Source: Candidatus Omnitrophota bacterium
Lineage (GTDB): Bacteria > Omnitrophota > Gorgyraeia > Zapsychrales > JANLHA01
Assembly (NCBI GenBank): GCA_963662715.1
Contig: OY759724.1
Coordinates: 2,202,662-2,266,661 of the forward strand
Direction of reading: 5' to 3'
Length of the DNA stretch: 64,000 bases
Shown here: piece after piece, positions 1-9,929 of the stretch
Layout of the letters: the number at the start of each line of letters is the position of its first letter
Numbering within the stretch: position 1 is the stretch's first letter
Made by a program: the position numbers and the translations under genes
The notes under the pieces: generated by a model
Databases searched by the model: none
What the model was told of the DNA's origin: nothing
The model's input: only the letters and a program-made list of their open reading frames with translations

Positions 1-513
1 GTTGAGGCTGTAAGCAGGGAATTTAATGAGGTCCGCACCGGGAGGGCTCATCCAGGACTGATTGAGGGGCTGCACGTGAATTACTACGGCAATTTAACAT
101 TGTTGAAACAGATGGCCTCCATATCGGTCCCGGACCCGAAGACGGTTGTTATTCAGCCATGGGATCCGAGTGCTATTTCTGATATTGAAAAAGCGATCAT
201 GAATTCCAAGCTGGGTGTGATGCCGAATAATGACGGGAAAATTATCCGGCTGAATATTCCGCCTTTATCTACGGAAAGAAGAGAGGAAATGAAGAAAGTC
301 GTAAAAGATATGGCCGAGCACGGACGGATTTCTGTGCGAACCATACGCCGTGAATCGAATGAAATAGTTAAGAAAGCACAGCATGATCATTTAATTGCTG
401 AAGACGACAGCTTCCGCGGACAGGAAGATATTCAGAAGCTGACCGATAAATATATCAAAGAAATTGACGCTATCCTTTCTGCCAAGAGCAAGGATCTGGA
501 AGAATTTCATTAA
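1..513 (+). CDS. frr: Ribosome recycling factor, 5'-truncated by the window edge (the reading frame is open from base 1)
   Basis: Frame-1 translation from position 1 (VEAVSREFNEVRTGRAHPGLIEGLHVNYYG...) plus the 145-aa ORF 76..513 matches the conserved RRF C-terminal region (ISVRTIRRE..., KLTDKYIKEID). Confidence 0.85.
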   Translation, partial: VEAVSREFNEVRTGRAHPGLIEGLHVNYYGNLTLLKQMASISVPDPKTVVIQPWDPSAISDIEKAIMNSKLGVMPNNDGKIIRLNIPPLSTERREEMKKVVKDMAEHGRISVRTIRRESNEIVKKAQHDHLIAEDDSFRGQEDIQKLTDKYIKEIDAILSAKSKDLEEFH

Positions 514-555
514 TTTACGTAAGGCAGTATCGTTCTTTGTTATCGCTGATTTTTT

Positions 556-628
556 GACCCACTAGCTCATCCGGTAGAGCACAGCCCTTTTAAGGCTGGT
601 GTGCCGCGTTCGAGTCGCGGGTGGGTCA
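556..628 (+). tRNA. tRNA-Lys (anticodon UUU)
   Basis: Cloverleaf folded by hand. Acceptor GACCCAC/GTGGGTC, D-arm GCTC/GAGC, anticodon stem CAGCC/GGCTG with loop CTTTTAA, T-loop TTCGAGT, discriminator A. No encoded CCA. Confidence 0.8.
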
Positions 629-734
629 CTTATTTTCAAAATAAGAAATGTCCTTTAGAATGACGTGTTTGATATTTTAGGGTGAAAAGACATTGAATGG
701 CAGGAACATCGCCTTCTCGGTATAAATCTCTAAA

Positions 735-816
735 GGGCGGATGGCGGAATTGGTAGACGCGCATGCCTTAGGAGCATGTGGGGTGACTCGTGGAGGTTCA
801 AGTCCTCTTCCGCCCA
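735..816 (+). tRNA. tRNA-Leu (anticodon UAG), type II with long variable arm
   Basis: Acceptor GGGCGGA/TCCGCCC, GGAATTGGTAGAC D-region typical of Leu tRNAs, anticodon loop CTTAGGA, long variable arm, T-loop TTCAAGT. Confidence 0.75.
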
Positions 817-958
817 CAAAAAGATCTGCCCGGCGATTTTGATTCCCGGGTGTCTGAAAGGATATTTCAAGTTTTGTTGATGCAGAATATTACTTCTGAT
901 AACTTGAATAAATTTTCAGATTAAGTTATAATTCAACAAAATATCATTATTATCATTT

Positions 959-1032
959 GCGGCGGTAATTCAGTTGGCTAGAATGCCACCTTGCCAAGGT
1001 GGATGTCGTGGGTTCGAATCCCATCCGCCGCT
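959..1032 (+). tRNA. tRNA-Gly (anticodon GCC)
   Basis: Acceptor GCGGCGG/CCGCCGC, anticodon stem CCACC/GGTGG with loop TTGCCAA, T-loop TTCGAAT. Followed by a T-run. Confidence 0.8.
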
Positions 1033-1115
1033 TTTTTAAAAAAGAGAACAATTATTTTTTCCTGGGCCGGATTTTTTAGCGCACTTTAATGTTTTGTTGT
1101 ACGGAGGAGTAGGGT

Positions 1116-1586
1116 ATGAATATTAGCGAATTCTTGTGTAAAGAAGCTATCACGGCTGATCTGAAGTCGAAAACCAAAAAAGAAATTATAGAAGAGCTTG
1201 TGGATCTTCTTATTAAAGCAGATGCGATAGAGAAGAAAATCAAATCAAAATTGATAGAAATCCTTCTGGCCCGAGAAGCTTTAGGATCTACCGCCATAGG
1301 GCAAGGCATCGCCATCCCTCACGGCAAGTGCGAAAGTGTCACTCAATTGACGGCGGCCTTGGGGATCAGCAAGAGCGGTGTCAATTTTGATTCTCTCGAC
1401 GGAGAACCGGCTTTTATTTTTTTCCTCTTGGTCGCTCCGATTGACTCAGCTGGCCCTCACTTGAAAGCCTTAGCGAAGATTTCCCGATTGCTGAAAGATA
1501 AGTATTTTCGTGATAATTTGAAGAATGCTCAAGACGAAAAGGCTATCTTGAAGTTGATTGATCTTGAAGATAACCAAAAGATATAA
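1116..1586 (+). CDS. ptsN: PTS EIIA(Ntr)-type nitrogen-regulatory protein
   Basis: 156 aa. EIIA fructose/Ntr family with phosphorylatable His motif GIAIPHG. Confidence 0.8.
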   Translation: MNISEFLCKEAITADLKSKTKKEIIEELVDLLIKADAIEKKIKSKLIEILLAREALGSTAIGQGIAIPHGKCESVTQLTAALGISKSGVNFDSLDGEPAFIFFLLVAPIDSAGPHLKALAKISRLLKDKYFRDNLKNAQDEKAILKLIDLEDNQKI

Positions 1587-1602
1587 TCCTTATCTCTTTG
1601 AT

Positions 1603-2841
1603 ATGCCGACTAATTTGATTAAATGGCTTTATCCCGGCATGAGAATCAAGCGGTGGTTTTTTACCTCTGTTCTTGGCGTGGGAGTTGTTGCCGGGGGGGC
1701 TGTAGCTTTCGCTTCGCGTTATATGCTCGTTCGTTTTTTTGGCGTTATCATCGTCTTGTGCGGTATTGTTCTGACTGTCATGGGCATAGGCAAGATGATC
1801 GTTTCTTTGATAACATTATTCCTGCCGAAAGGTGAAAGAGAACTTGTTAATATCCTTTATCAGAAACGTTTCCTGGAGCGGGGGCCTAAAATTGTCGCCG
1901 TCGGAGGGGGACATGGCCTGTCGCATCTGATTCTGGGATTGAAGGAGTACACATCCAACATTACGGCGATTGTCACTGTTGCGGACAGCGGGGGATCTTC
2001 CGGAAGATTAAGAGAGGAATTTAATATCGTGGCTCCGGGGGATATCCGGAATTGTCTGGTGGCTTTGGCCGATGCTCCTGCTTTAATGGCGGATTTGTTT
2101 CAATTCCGTTTTTCGAAAGAGTCTCAGTTGCAGGGGCATAATTTCGGAAATCTTTTTCTGACAGCTATGGTTCAGGTGACCGGTGATTTTGAAAAGGCTG
2201 TAAAGGAATCCAGTAAAGTTTTGGCGATTCGCGGGAAAGTCATCCCTTCCACGGTTCACAATGTCCATTTAGTCGCCGAGTATGAAGATTCGTCCATTAC
2301 TGAAGGAGAGGCGAAAATTCCCCGGAAGGGTGTTAAGATTAAGCGGGTTTTTTTAAAGCCGAGTAATGCCACCCCGACCGCGGAAGCGTTGGAAGCTATC
2401 CGGGAGGCAGAGATTATTGTCCTGGGGCCGGGAAGCCTTTATACAAGTGTGATTCCCAATCTTCTTATTAAGGAACTCAGCGATGCTATTGCTGAGTCCA
2501 GTGCTTACAAGATTTATGTCTGTAATGTTATGACGCAGCAGGGAGAGTCGGAAGGTTATACGGCGAGTGATCACGTGGAGGCCATTGTTCAGCATTCTCA
2601 CAAAAATATCATTAACGCCTGCCTGGTTAATTCAGCAGAAGTCCCTCCGGAAGCTCAGGGACGATATAAGTCTGAAGATTCCTTCCCGGTTATCGCTGAC
2701 GGCGGGCGCATCAGGGATATGGGATTTGAGGCGGTTGAAACAGACCTTTTAAGTGTAACGGATTACGTCCGGCATGATTCTGTCAAATTGACTAAAGCTT
2801 TGATTAAACTTATTGAAAAGTATCGCGTTTTAAAGCGGTAA
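1603..2841 (+). CDS. YvcK/UPF0052 (CofD-like) gluconeogenesis/morphology factor with an N-terminal membrane extension
   Basis: Motifs VAVGGGHGLSHLILGLK and TVADSGGSSGRLR are diagnostic for the YvcK family. Start is ambiguous (1558/1603/1639); I chose 1603 to avoid overlap with ptsN. Confidence 0.7.
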   Translation: MPTNLIKWLYPGMRIKRWFFTSVLGVGVVAGGAVAFASRYMLVRFFGVIIVLCGIVLTVMGIGKMIVSLITLFLPKGERELVNILYQKRFLERGPKIVAVGGGHGLSHLILGLKEYTSNITAIVTVADSGGSSGRLREEFNIVAPGDIRNCLVALADAPALMADLFQFRFSKESQLQGHNFGNLFLTAMVQVTGDFEKAVKESSKVLAIRGKVIPSTVHNVHLVAEYEDSSITEGEAKIPRKGVKIKRVFLKPSNATPTAEALEAIREAEIIVLGPGSLYTSVIPNLLIKELSDAIAESSAYKIYVCNVMTQQGESEGYTASDHVEAIVQHSHKNIINACLVNSAEVPPEAQGRYKSEDSFPVIADGGRIRDMGFEAVETDLLSVTDYVRHDSVKLTKALIKLIEKYRVLKR

Positions 2842-2895
2842 AACAGAAGAAAACATTTTACGCGCGGGAGCAATCCGGGTGTTTTTACGACGATT

Positions 2896-3159
2896 ATGCC
2901 AAAGATAGAAAAAGAGCTCGAAGTAATGAACGCTCAGGGACTTCATGCACGTCCCGCCGCTCTTTTTGTGCAAATTGCGGCAAAATATGATTCGACCGTT
3001 ACGGTCAGCAAAGACGGGGAAAGCGTCAACGGAAAGTCCATTATGGGTATCTTGATGCTGGGGGCAGAGCAGCATAGTAAAATACATGTTTCTGCTGATG
3101 GAGAAGATGCCGAAAAAGTTGTTCAAGAATTAGAGGAATTTTTAAGTAAAAATGAATGA
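2896..3159 (+). CDS. ptsH: Phosphocarrier protein HPr
   Basis: 87 aa. Active-site His in GLHARPA and the HPr fold signature. Confidence 0.9.
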   Translation: MPKIEKELEVMNAQGLHARPAALFVQIAAKYDSTVTVSKDGESVNGKSIMGILMLGAEQHSKIHVSADGEDAEKVVQELEEFLSKNE

Positions 3160-4915
3160 AATCGTTTTAAAAGGTATTCCGGCTGCTCCGGGTATTGCCA
3201 TTGGGCCTGCTTATATTGTGGATAAGCAGGATTTCATTGTGCCTCCGCGCGCCATTATGGACAAGGAGGTCCCTATTGAAATTGCCCGTTTTGAAGAGGC
3301 TTTGATTAAGACCAGGGAGGAGATATCGGAACTAAAAAAGAAAATCAGCAGTGAGATGGAAGGTCAGAATGCCCAGATATTTGATGCCCATCTGCTCGTC
3401 CTGGAAGACCGGATGCTGGTTGAGGAAGTGGTGAAAAGAATCAAAAGGGAAAAACAGTCCGCAGAGTATACGTTTACTGTCGTTTTAAAAAAATACAGCA
3501 AGATCTTCTCGAGCATTCAGGATGAATATTTGAGGGAAAGAAGCAGTGATGTCAATGACATCGGACGGCGTGTCCTGAAAAATTTGATGGAAGAGCAGAA
3601 ACTGCATGATTTGGACAATATTGATGAAGAACTCGTGGTTATTGCCCATGACCTTTCCCCCTCAGATACTGTGACGATGTTCAGTAAAAATGTTTTAGCT
3701 TTTGCCACAGATATCGGAGGCCGGACATCCCACACGGCCATTATGGCCAAATCTTTAGGTGTTCCGGCGGTCGTAGGCCTTAAAGATGCGACGTTGCGGA
3801 TCAGCAACCAGGATATGCTGATTGTCGACGGCCGTATGGGCCTTGTGATTGTTCATCCTACGGAAAAGACCGTTGAGATTTATAATAATGAAAAGAAGCG
3901 CATTTCGGCTCTCCGGCACAGATTCGATGACATCATCGGCTTGCCTTCTCAAACGGCTGACGGACGGCATGTTCCGATTCTGGCGAATCTGGAACTCCCG
4001 GAAGAAATCCCCATGATTCATCAGGCCGGCTCTCAGGGGATAGGGCTATACCGTACGGAATATTTCTTTATGAACCGGGTTGATCTGCCGACAGAGGAGG
4101 AACAGTTTCTGGCCTATAAAAAGGTTGCGGAACAGATGGCGCCTTTGCCGGTCACGATCCGCACTCTGGATTTGGGCGGGGATAAGTTCATCTCAAGCGT
4201 CCAGATTCCCCGGGATATGTATCCTTTTTTGGGGTGGCGGGCGATTAAATTCTGCTTGGCCCGGCCGGATATTTTTAAATCGCAATTACGGGCCATTTTA
4301 CGAGCCTCTGTTTTTGGCAAAGTCAGGCTTATGTATCCGATGATCTCCGGCCCCAGCGAATTGCGGCAGGCCAACGCCATTCTTAACGAAGTCAAAATAA
4401 ACCTTCGCGAGGAACAGATCCGGTTCGATGAGGATATTGAGGTGGGGGCGATGATCGAGGTCCCCTCTGCGGCGGTAACCGCGGATCTTTTGGCCAAGGA
4501 AGCCAGATTTTTTAGTATCGGAACGAATGATCTGATTCAATATACCTTAGCCGTGGACCGGGTTAATGAGCAACTGGCCAATTTTTATGAACCGTGCCAT
4601 CCTGCGATATTACGCTTTATTAAAATGATTGTTGACGCCGGTCATCGTGAAAATATCTCTGTCGGCCTTTGCGGAGAAATGTCTTCCGAGCCGTTTCAGG
4701 CCTTTTTGCTGCTGGGATTAGGCGTTGATGAGCTGAGTATGTCCCATTTGAATATCCTGCAGGTTAAGAAATTGATTCGCAGCATTAACCAAAAAGATGC
4801 AGAAGAATTAGCTCAAAGAGCGTTGTGCCTGTCTACCGGACAGGAAGTAGAAGAATTAAGTAAATCCAGGTTGCAGGAGTTGGTCCCGCAGATATATAAT
4901 CCGGACAATTCTTAA
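3152..4915 (+). CDS. ptsI: PEP-protein phosphotransferase, PTS enzyme I
   Basis: 587 aa. Phosphohistidine region GGRTSHTAIMAKSLGVPAVVG and a PEP-utilising C-terminal domain. No N-terminal GAF domain, so not PtsP. Confidence 0.9.
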   Translation: MNEIVLKGIPAAPGIAIGPAYIVDKQDFIVPPRAIMDKEVPIEIARFEEALIKTREEISELKKKISSEMEGQNAQIFDAHLLVLEDRMLVEEVVKRIKREKQSAEYTFTVVLKKYSKIFSSIQDEYLRERSSDVNDIGRRVLKNLMEEQKLHDLDNIDEELVVIAHDLSPSDTVTMFSKNVLAFATDIGGRTSHTAIMAKSLGVPAVVGLKDATLRISNQDMLIVDGRMGLVIVHPTEKTVEIYNNEKKRISALRHRFDDIIGLPSQTADGRHVPILANLELPEEIPMIHQAGSQGIGLYRTEYFFMNRVDLPTEEEQFLAYKKVAEQMAPLPVTIRTLDLGGDKFISSVQIPRDMYPFLGWRAIKFCLARPDIFKSQLRAILRASVFGKVRLMYPMISGPSELRQANAILNEVKINLREEQIRFDEDIEVGAMIEVPSAAVTADLLAKEARFFSIGTNDLIQYTLAVDRVNEQLANFYEPCHPAILRFIKMIVDAGHRENISVGLCGEMSSEPFQAFLLLGLGVDELSMSHLNILQVKKLIRSINQKDAEELAQRALCLSTGQEVEELSKSRLQELVPQIYNPDNS

Positions 4916-4987
4916 TCCTTCCTCTAAGAGTTGTGTTAAAGACAGCTCGGGAGATGTTCTTCTTTTAATCCTAATATTGAAATAAAT

Positions 4988-5728
4988 ATGAAAGCATTAA
5001 TTCTAGCGGCAGGGTATGGAACAAGGTTGTATCCCTTAATAAAGGACACGGCAAAACCTTTATTGAAGATCGGCCCCCAGCCCCTGATAAACTATCTTTT
5101 GGATAAGCTGAGGCCTTTGCCTCATTTAAATGAATTGGTCGTTGTGACCAATGAGAAGTTTCATGCTGATTTTATCTCTTGGAAAGAACAGCAGAAGGAT
5201 TTCCCGGCGCCTATCACTATTATCAATGACGGGACAACGTCTCCGGAAGACCGTTTGGGGGCTGTCGGAGATATCCTTTATGCGTTCAAAAATATTAAGC
5301 AGCCGGACGATGTGCTTGTTGTGGGCGGGGATAATTTGTTTGATTACTCCTTGGAAGATTATGTCCTCTTTGCCGAGCAGAAAAGACCCCATGTTTCCAT
5401 CGGACTTTATGATATCGGTGATTTAAAAGAGGCTTCAAAATTCGGAGTGGTCCAGATGGATAAGGACAGCCGGATTACCGTCTTTGAAGAGAAACCGGAG
5501 CATCCCCGGTCCACGTTGATTGCCATGTGTTCCTATTATTTCCCTGTGGATTCGCAGAAGTTGATATTTGATTATGTCCGGCAGTCTCAGCACACGGACA
5601 AAGCCGGGGATTACATCCATTGGTTGACAGAGAGGAATACAGTTTTTGGTTTTAAATTCCAGGGAAAATGGTATGATATCGGTAGTATTGAAACATATCA
5701 GAAAGCTCAAGAGAGGTTCAAGGTTTAA
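4988..5728 (+). CDS. Sugar-phosphate nucleotidyltransferase (NTP_transferase family; possibly a heptose/hexose-1-P nucleotidyltransferase)
   Basis: N-terminal LILAAGYGTRLYPLIKDTAKPLL G-loop of NDP-sugar pyrophosphorylases. 246 aa. Confidence 0.65.
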   Translation: MKALILAAGYGTRLYPLIKDTAKPLLKIGPQPLINYLLDKLRPLPHLNELVVVTNEKFHADFISWKEQQKDFPAPITIINDGTTSPEDRLGAVGDILYAFKNIKQPDDVLVVGGDNLFDYSLEDYVLFAEQKRPHVSIGLYDIGDLKEASKFGVVQMDKDSRITVFEEKPEHPRSTLIAMCSYYFPVDSQKLIFDYVRQSQHTDKAGDYIHWLTERNTVFGFKFQGKWYDIGSIETYQKAQERFKV

Positions 5729-5830
5729 TAATATTCACACGACATTCCCCCGGGCCGGACAGCCGGGATTTTTATTCCGGCGAAGGCGGAGGGATGTTTG
5801 TGACATACAGTAAGAAAGGAAGGGAAAAAG

Positions 5831-6994
5831 GTGAAAGGACAATATTTCTTTACTTCAGAATCCGTTGGGGCAGGTCATCCTGATAAAGTTTGCGATCAGA
5901 TTTCAGATGCGGTTTTAGACTGTGTTCTTGGTAATGATCCCGCGGGGCGTGTCGCGTGTGAGACTTTTATAACGACAGGACTCGTTATTGTCGGTGGAGA
6001 AATTACGACCAAGTCATATATTGATGTGCAGACGCTGGTCCGCCGGGTCCTGACCGAGATCGGTTACACACACATTAAGTATGGGTTCAGCGCCCAGACG
6101 TGCTCGATTTTGAATGCCATTAACAGTCAGTCTCCTGATATCTCCCAGGGCGTGGATGCCGGCGGAGCCGGGGACCAGGGGATTATGATCGGGTATGCCT
6201 GTAATGAAACGCCTGAGTTAATGCCTCTGCCGATCATGCTGGCGCATCATCTTGTGCAAAGGATATCGGATGTCCGTGTCAGCGGGGAACTGGATTATCT
6301 TGGCCCTGACTGCAAGAGCCAGGTGACCATTGAATATGCTGACGGGACCCCGAAAAGGGTGGATGCCGTGGTGCTTGCCTGCCAGCATACGGAGAAAATC
6401 CTGGACAGCACTGGAAAGCGCATTACAGAGGAAGCCAAACAGGAAATTATCAAGACCGTAGCTTTGCCTATTTTGAAAGATTTGGTTGATGATCAGACGA
6501 AGTATTATATCAACGAAACCGGCAAGTTTGTCGTGGGCGGCCCTCAGTCGGATACGGGGATGACCGGGCGGAAAATTATTGTCGATACATACGGCGGTTT
6601 GGTTTCCCACGGCGGTGGGGCTTTTTCCGGGAAAGATCCGACCAAGGTGGACCGGTCGGCGACGTATATGGCCCGTTATGTCGCGAAGAATATTGTCGCT
6701 GCGAAATTGGCGGATAAATGCTGGGTCCAGCTAGGGTATGCCATCGGTAAAGCCGAGCCGGTCAGTGTTATGGTTGACACGTTCGGAACCGGGAAAATCA
6801 CGGAACAAAAGCTTGTTGATCTGGTGCGAAAGCATTTTGACTTAACGCCGCGGGGTATCATCAAGGAGTTGGACCTCCTGAAACCGATCTATCAAAAGAC
6901 GGCGGCTTACGGGCATTTCGGCCGTTCTGAATTTTCCTGGGAAAAGACAAATAAAGCCGCTGTCCTGGAGAAAGAAGCGGCCGTCACGGTTTAA
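5831..6994 (+). CDS. metK: S-adenosylmethionine synthetase (GTG start)
   Basis: [24 protein letters not shown] and downstream MAT motifs. Confidence 0.93.
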   Translation: MKGQYFFTSESVGAGHPDKVCDQISDAVLDCVLGNDPAGRVACETFITTGLVIVGGEITTKSYIDVQTLVRRVLTEIGYTHIKYGFSAQTCSILNAINSQSPDISQGVDAGGAGDQGIMIGYACNETPELMPLPIMLAHHLVQRISDVRVSGELDYLGPDCKSQVTIEYADGTPKRVDAVVLACQHTEKILDSTGKRITEEAKQEIIKTVALPILKDLVDDQTKYYINETGKFVVGGPQSDTGMTGRKIIVDTYGGLVSHGGGAFSGKDPTKVDRSATYMARYVAKNIVAAKLADKCWVQLGYAIGKAEPVSVMVDTFGTGKITEQKLVDLVRKHFDLTPRGIIKELDLLKPIYQKTAAYGHFGRSEFSWEKTNKAAVLEKEAAVTV

Positions 6995-7068
6995 ACGGTT
7001 TGATTTGATGTTCGATAGAGAAGTTTTTGTTTAATAAAGCAAACTTTCTGATAAGAAGGGGAAGTCTA

Positions 7069-8487
7069 ATGAAAGCATCTACGGATATTTCTCAGGATTA
7101 TAAAATAAAAGATATGAGCTTGGCGGCATGGGGTCATAAGGAAATTGAATTAGCGGAAGCCGAAATGCCGGGGCTCATGGCTTTGAGAAGGAAATATGCA
7201 GCAGAGAAGCCGTTGAAAGGAAGCCGGATTACAGGCTCCTTGCATATGACGATTCAAACCGCTGTGCTTATCAAGACCTTGACGGAACTGGGCGCGGACG
7301 TCCGCTGGGCCAGTTGTAATATTTTCTCGACTCAGGACCATGCGGCGGCAGCGATTGCTGATCTGGGGGTGCCGGTTTTCGCATGGAAAGGGGAGAGTTT
7401 AAAAGATTATTGGTGGTGCACCAAACAGGCTTTGTCGTTCCCGGATGGTCAGGGGCCGAATCTTATCGTGGATGACGGCGGAGATGCAACACTCATGGTG
7501 CATAAAGGTTATGAAGGAGAAGAGAATCCTGCCGTGCTGGATATTGCCGCTGAAGCAGAGGACGAGAAAGAGCTGCTGGCATGTTTGAAAGAGATTTTGT
7601 CGGAAGATCCTCAGAAATGGCATCGGGCCGTTAAAGACCTCAAGGGTGTATCTGAAGAGACGACCACAGGCGTGCACCGCCTGTATCAAATGATGCAGGC
7701 GGGGAAACTGCTGTTTTCGGCGATTAATGTCAATGATTCCGTTACCAAATCCAAATTTGATAACCTTTACGGTTGCCGGGAGTCTTTGGCTGACGGGATT
7801 AAAAGGGCCACGGATATCATGATTGCTGGGAAAGTCGTCGTGGTTTGCGGTTACGGCGATGTGGGTAAGGGCTGTGCCCGCTCGATGCGCAGTTACGGGG
7901 CACGTGTTATTGTCACGGAAGTTGACCCGATTTGTGCGTTACAGGCGGCCATGGAGGGGTTTGAGGTCAAACGTTTAGAAAATGTCCTGAATATCGGCGA
8001 TATTTATGTGACAACTACAGGAAACTGTGATGTCATCAGAGCCGATCATATGTCGGCGATGAAGGACAAGGCTATCGTATGTAATATAGGACATTTTGAC
8101 AATGAGATTCAGATTGCAAAGCTAGAGCAGTGGCCGGGGATTAAGAAAGTTAATATCAAGCCCCAGGTGGATCAGTATTACTTTTCAGAGGGGCAGTCTA
8201 TTATTGTTTTAGCTGAAGGCCGTCTGGTGAACTTGGGGTGCGCCACGGGACATCCTTCTTTTGTGATGAGCAATTCTTTTACGAATCAGGTCCTTGCGCA
8301 AATCGATCTCTGGCAAAATAACCGGACGATCGATGTCTATCGTTTGTCGAAAACTTTGGACGAGGAAGTGGCCCGGCTTCATCTGGAACACGTTGGCGCC
8401 GAACTTACGCAACTGACTCCGGAACAGGCAAAATATATCGGGGTGCCGCAAGAAGGCCCGTATAAACCTGAACATTACCGCTATTAA
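7069..8487 (+). CDS. ahcY: Adenosylhomocysteinase
   Basis: [29 protein letters not shown]-terminus and NAD-binding GYGDVGKG. Track ORF starts at 7027, but the conserved N-terminus begins at the ATG at 7069. Confidence 0.9.
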   Translation: MKASTDISQDYKIKDMSLAAWGHKEIELAEAEMPGLMALRRKYAAEKPLKGSRITGSLHMTIQTAVLIKTLTELGADVRWASCNIFSTQDHAAAAIADLGVPVFAWKGESLKDYWWCTKQALSFPDGQGPNLIVDDGGDATLMVHKGYEGEENPAVLDIAAEAEDEKELLACLKEILSEDPQKWHRAVKDLKGVSEETTTGVHRLYQMMQAGKLLFSAINVNDSVTKSKFDNLYGCRESLADGIKRATDIMIAGKVVVVCGYGDVGKGCARSMRSYGARVIVTEVDPICALQAAMEGFEVKRLENVLNIGDIYVTTTGNCDVIRADHMSAMKDKAIVCNIGHFDNEIQIAKLEQWPGIKKVNIKPQVDQYYFSEGQSIIVLAEGRLVNLGCATGHPSFVMSNSFTNQVLAQIDLWQNNRTIDVYRLSKTLDEEVARLHLEHVGAELTQLTPEQAKYIGVPQEGPYKPEHYRY

Positions 8488-8510
8488 TATCCAGATTCTT
8501 TAATTCTTCC

Positions 8511-8546
8511 AGGCCTTCTTCATATGTAAGAAGGCCTTCCAAATTT
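8511..8546. terminator. Putative intrinsic terminator after ahcY
   Basis: Perfect 10-bp hairpin AGGCCTTCTT-catatgt-AAGAAGGCCT followed by a T-rich tract (tccaaattttc). Confidence 0.45.
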
Positions 8547-8685
8547 TCACAGTGATGGCGGAGCCCGTGTCTTAGAGGGGATGCTGAGGGATCGGGTGGA
8601 AACAGGGGATTCATGATAAAGGAGTTAACATCAAATTGAAAGTATGATAAAATAACGACAATTTTAAACCAGTTAAGAAGGGGTT

Positions 8686-9684
8686 ATGAAAATGGCAAAA
8701 ATTTATTATGATCAGGACGCAAATATTGATAGGATTAAAGACCGTACCATAGCTATTGTCGGTTATGGCATTCAGGGCCGGGGGCAGGCGCTTAACTTGC
8801 GGGATAGTGGTCTGAAAGTTATCGTGAGCGAACTGGAAGGTACTGAGAATTATAAGATGGCCGAAGCTGACGGTTTTAAGCCTGTTGAGGCTAAAAAGGC
8901 TGCAAAGAAAGCCGATATTATTCAGATTTTAACCCAGGACCATATCCAGGCGGCCTTGTACCGTAAGGCGATTAAAAGAAATCTCAAGGCAGGAAAATCT
9001 CTGGTCTTTTCTCACGGGTTTAATATCCATTTTAAGCAAATCGTCCCTCCGAAAGAGGTGGATGTCTGGATGATCGCCCCTAAGGGGCCGGGGGCATTGG
9101 TGAGACGTCAATATGAGGAAGGTAAAGGCGTGCCTTGTTTAGTGGCGATTCACCAGGACGCTTCCGGTCAAGCCTTACAGGATGCTTTGGCCTATGCCAA
9201 GGGGATTGGCGGAAGCCGGGCCGGTGTCCTGGAAACAACTTTTAAAGAAGAAACAGAAACGGATTTATTCGGAGAGCAGACGGTTTTGTGCGGGGGGGCT
9301 TCTGAACTTGTGAAAGCCGGTTACGAAACTCTCGTTGAGGCTGGATATCAGCCGGAGATTGCTTACTTTGAATGTTTGCATGAACTGAAACTTATCGTAG
9401 ATTTATTTTATGAATACGGGATTCAGGGCATGCGTAAGCGGGTTTCTGATACCGCGGAATACGGTGATTACAGCCGGGGCAAACGTATTATCAATGACCG
9501 TACCCGTAAGGAAATGCGGAAAATTTTGAAGGAAATTCAGTCCGGTAAATTCGCCAGGGAATGGATGAGGGAAAACCGGAAAGGGCGTCCTAATTTTAAT
9601 CAAATGCGTGAAGACGCCAAGAATCATCCCATTGAAAAAATTGGAGAACAGCTTCGGGGCATGATGCCTTGGATGAAAAAATGA
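8686..9684 (+). CDS. ilvC: Ketol-acid reductoisomerase
   Basis: [21 protein letters not shown] Rossmann motif and the KARI family body. Confidence 0.9.
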   Translation: MKMAKIYYDQDANIDRIKDRTIAIVGYGIQGRGQALNLRDSGLKVIVSELEGTENYKMAEADGFKPVEAKKAAKKADIIQILTQDHIQAALYRKAIKRNLKAGKSLVFSHGFNIHFKQIVPPKEVDVWMIAPKGPGALVRRQYEEGKGVPCLVAIHQDASGQALQDALAYAKGIGGSRAGVLETTFKEETETDLFGEQTVLCGGASELVKAGYETLVEAGYQPEIAYFECLHELKLIVDLFYEYGIQGMRKRVSDTAEYGDYSRGKRIINDRTRKEMRKILKEIQSGKFAREWMRENRKGRPNFNQMREDAKNHPIEKIGEQLRGMMPWMKK

Positions 9685-9686
9685 TT

Positions 9687-9779
9687 GTAACGGGCACATT
9701 CTGGAATACGTTTTAACTTTGCTTTAGGGGAGCCGTTCATTTCCTGTGGCTGTGCGGTAGAGGCGCAGGAAAGCGGTGG
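9687..9779 (+). repeat. 93-bp direct repeat, copy 1 (ilvC-leuA intergenic)
   Basis: Identical to 9821..9913 except one base (GCGCAGGA vs GCGCGGGA). Starts 3 nt after the ilvC stop. Confidence 0.9.
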
Positions 9780-9820
9780 GCCCGCTTGGCTGGAATGAAG
9801 TTTTGAAAACAGTTCTTGAG

Positions 9821-9913
9821 GTAACGGGCACATTCTGGAATACGTTTTAACTTTGCTTTAGGGGAGCCGTTCATTTCCTGTGGCTGTGCGGTAGAGGCGC
9901 GGGAAAGCGGTGG
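9821..9913 (+). repeat. 93-bp direct repeat, copy 2, ending 17 nt before the leuA ATG
   Basis: See copy 1. The 3' end (GGAAAGCGGTGGAAGGTGG) supplies the leuA ribosome-binding region. Confidence 0.9.
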
Positions 9914-9929
9914 AAGGTGGGTTGTTATT

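Noticed and set aside
1623-1835. 70-aa Cys/Arg-rich ORF inside the YvcK-family gene.
   Set aside because: It is an alternative frame of a supported gene.
5729-5830. Possible SAM riboswitch in the metK leader (G-rich GGCGGAGGGA motif).
   Set aside because: It lacks the other conserved SAM-I elements (P1 CUCUUAUCAAGAG, GGCCCGAUGAAACC) and is too short for SAM-I. The GC hairpin plus T-run at ~5745-5775 looks more like the terminator of the upstream gene. There is not enough evidence for any SAM-binding class.
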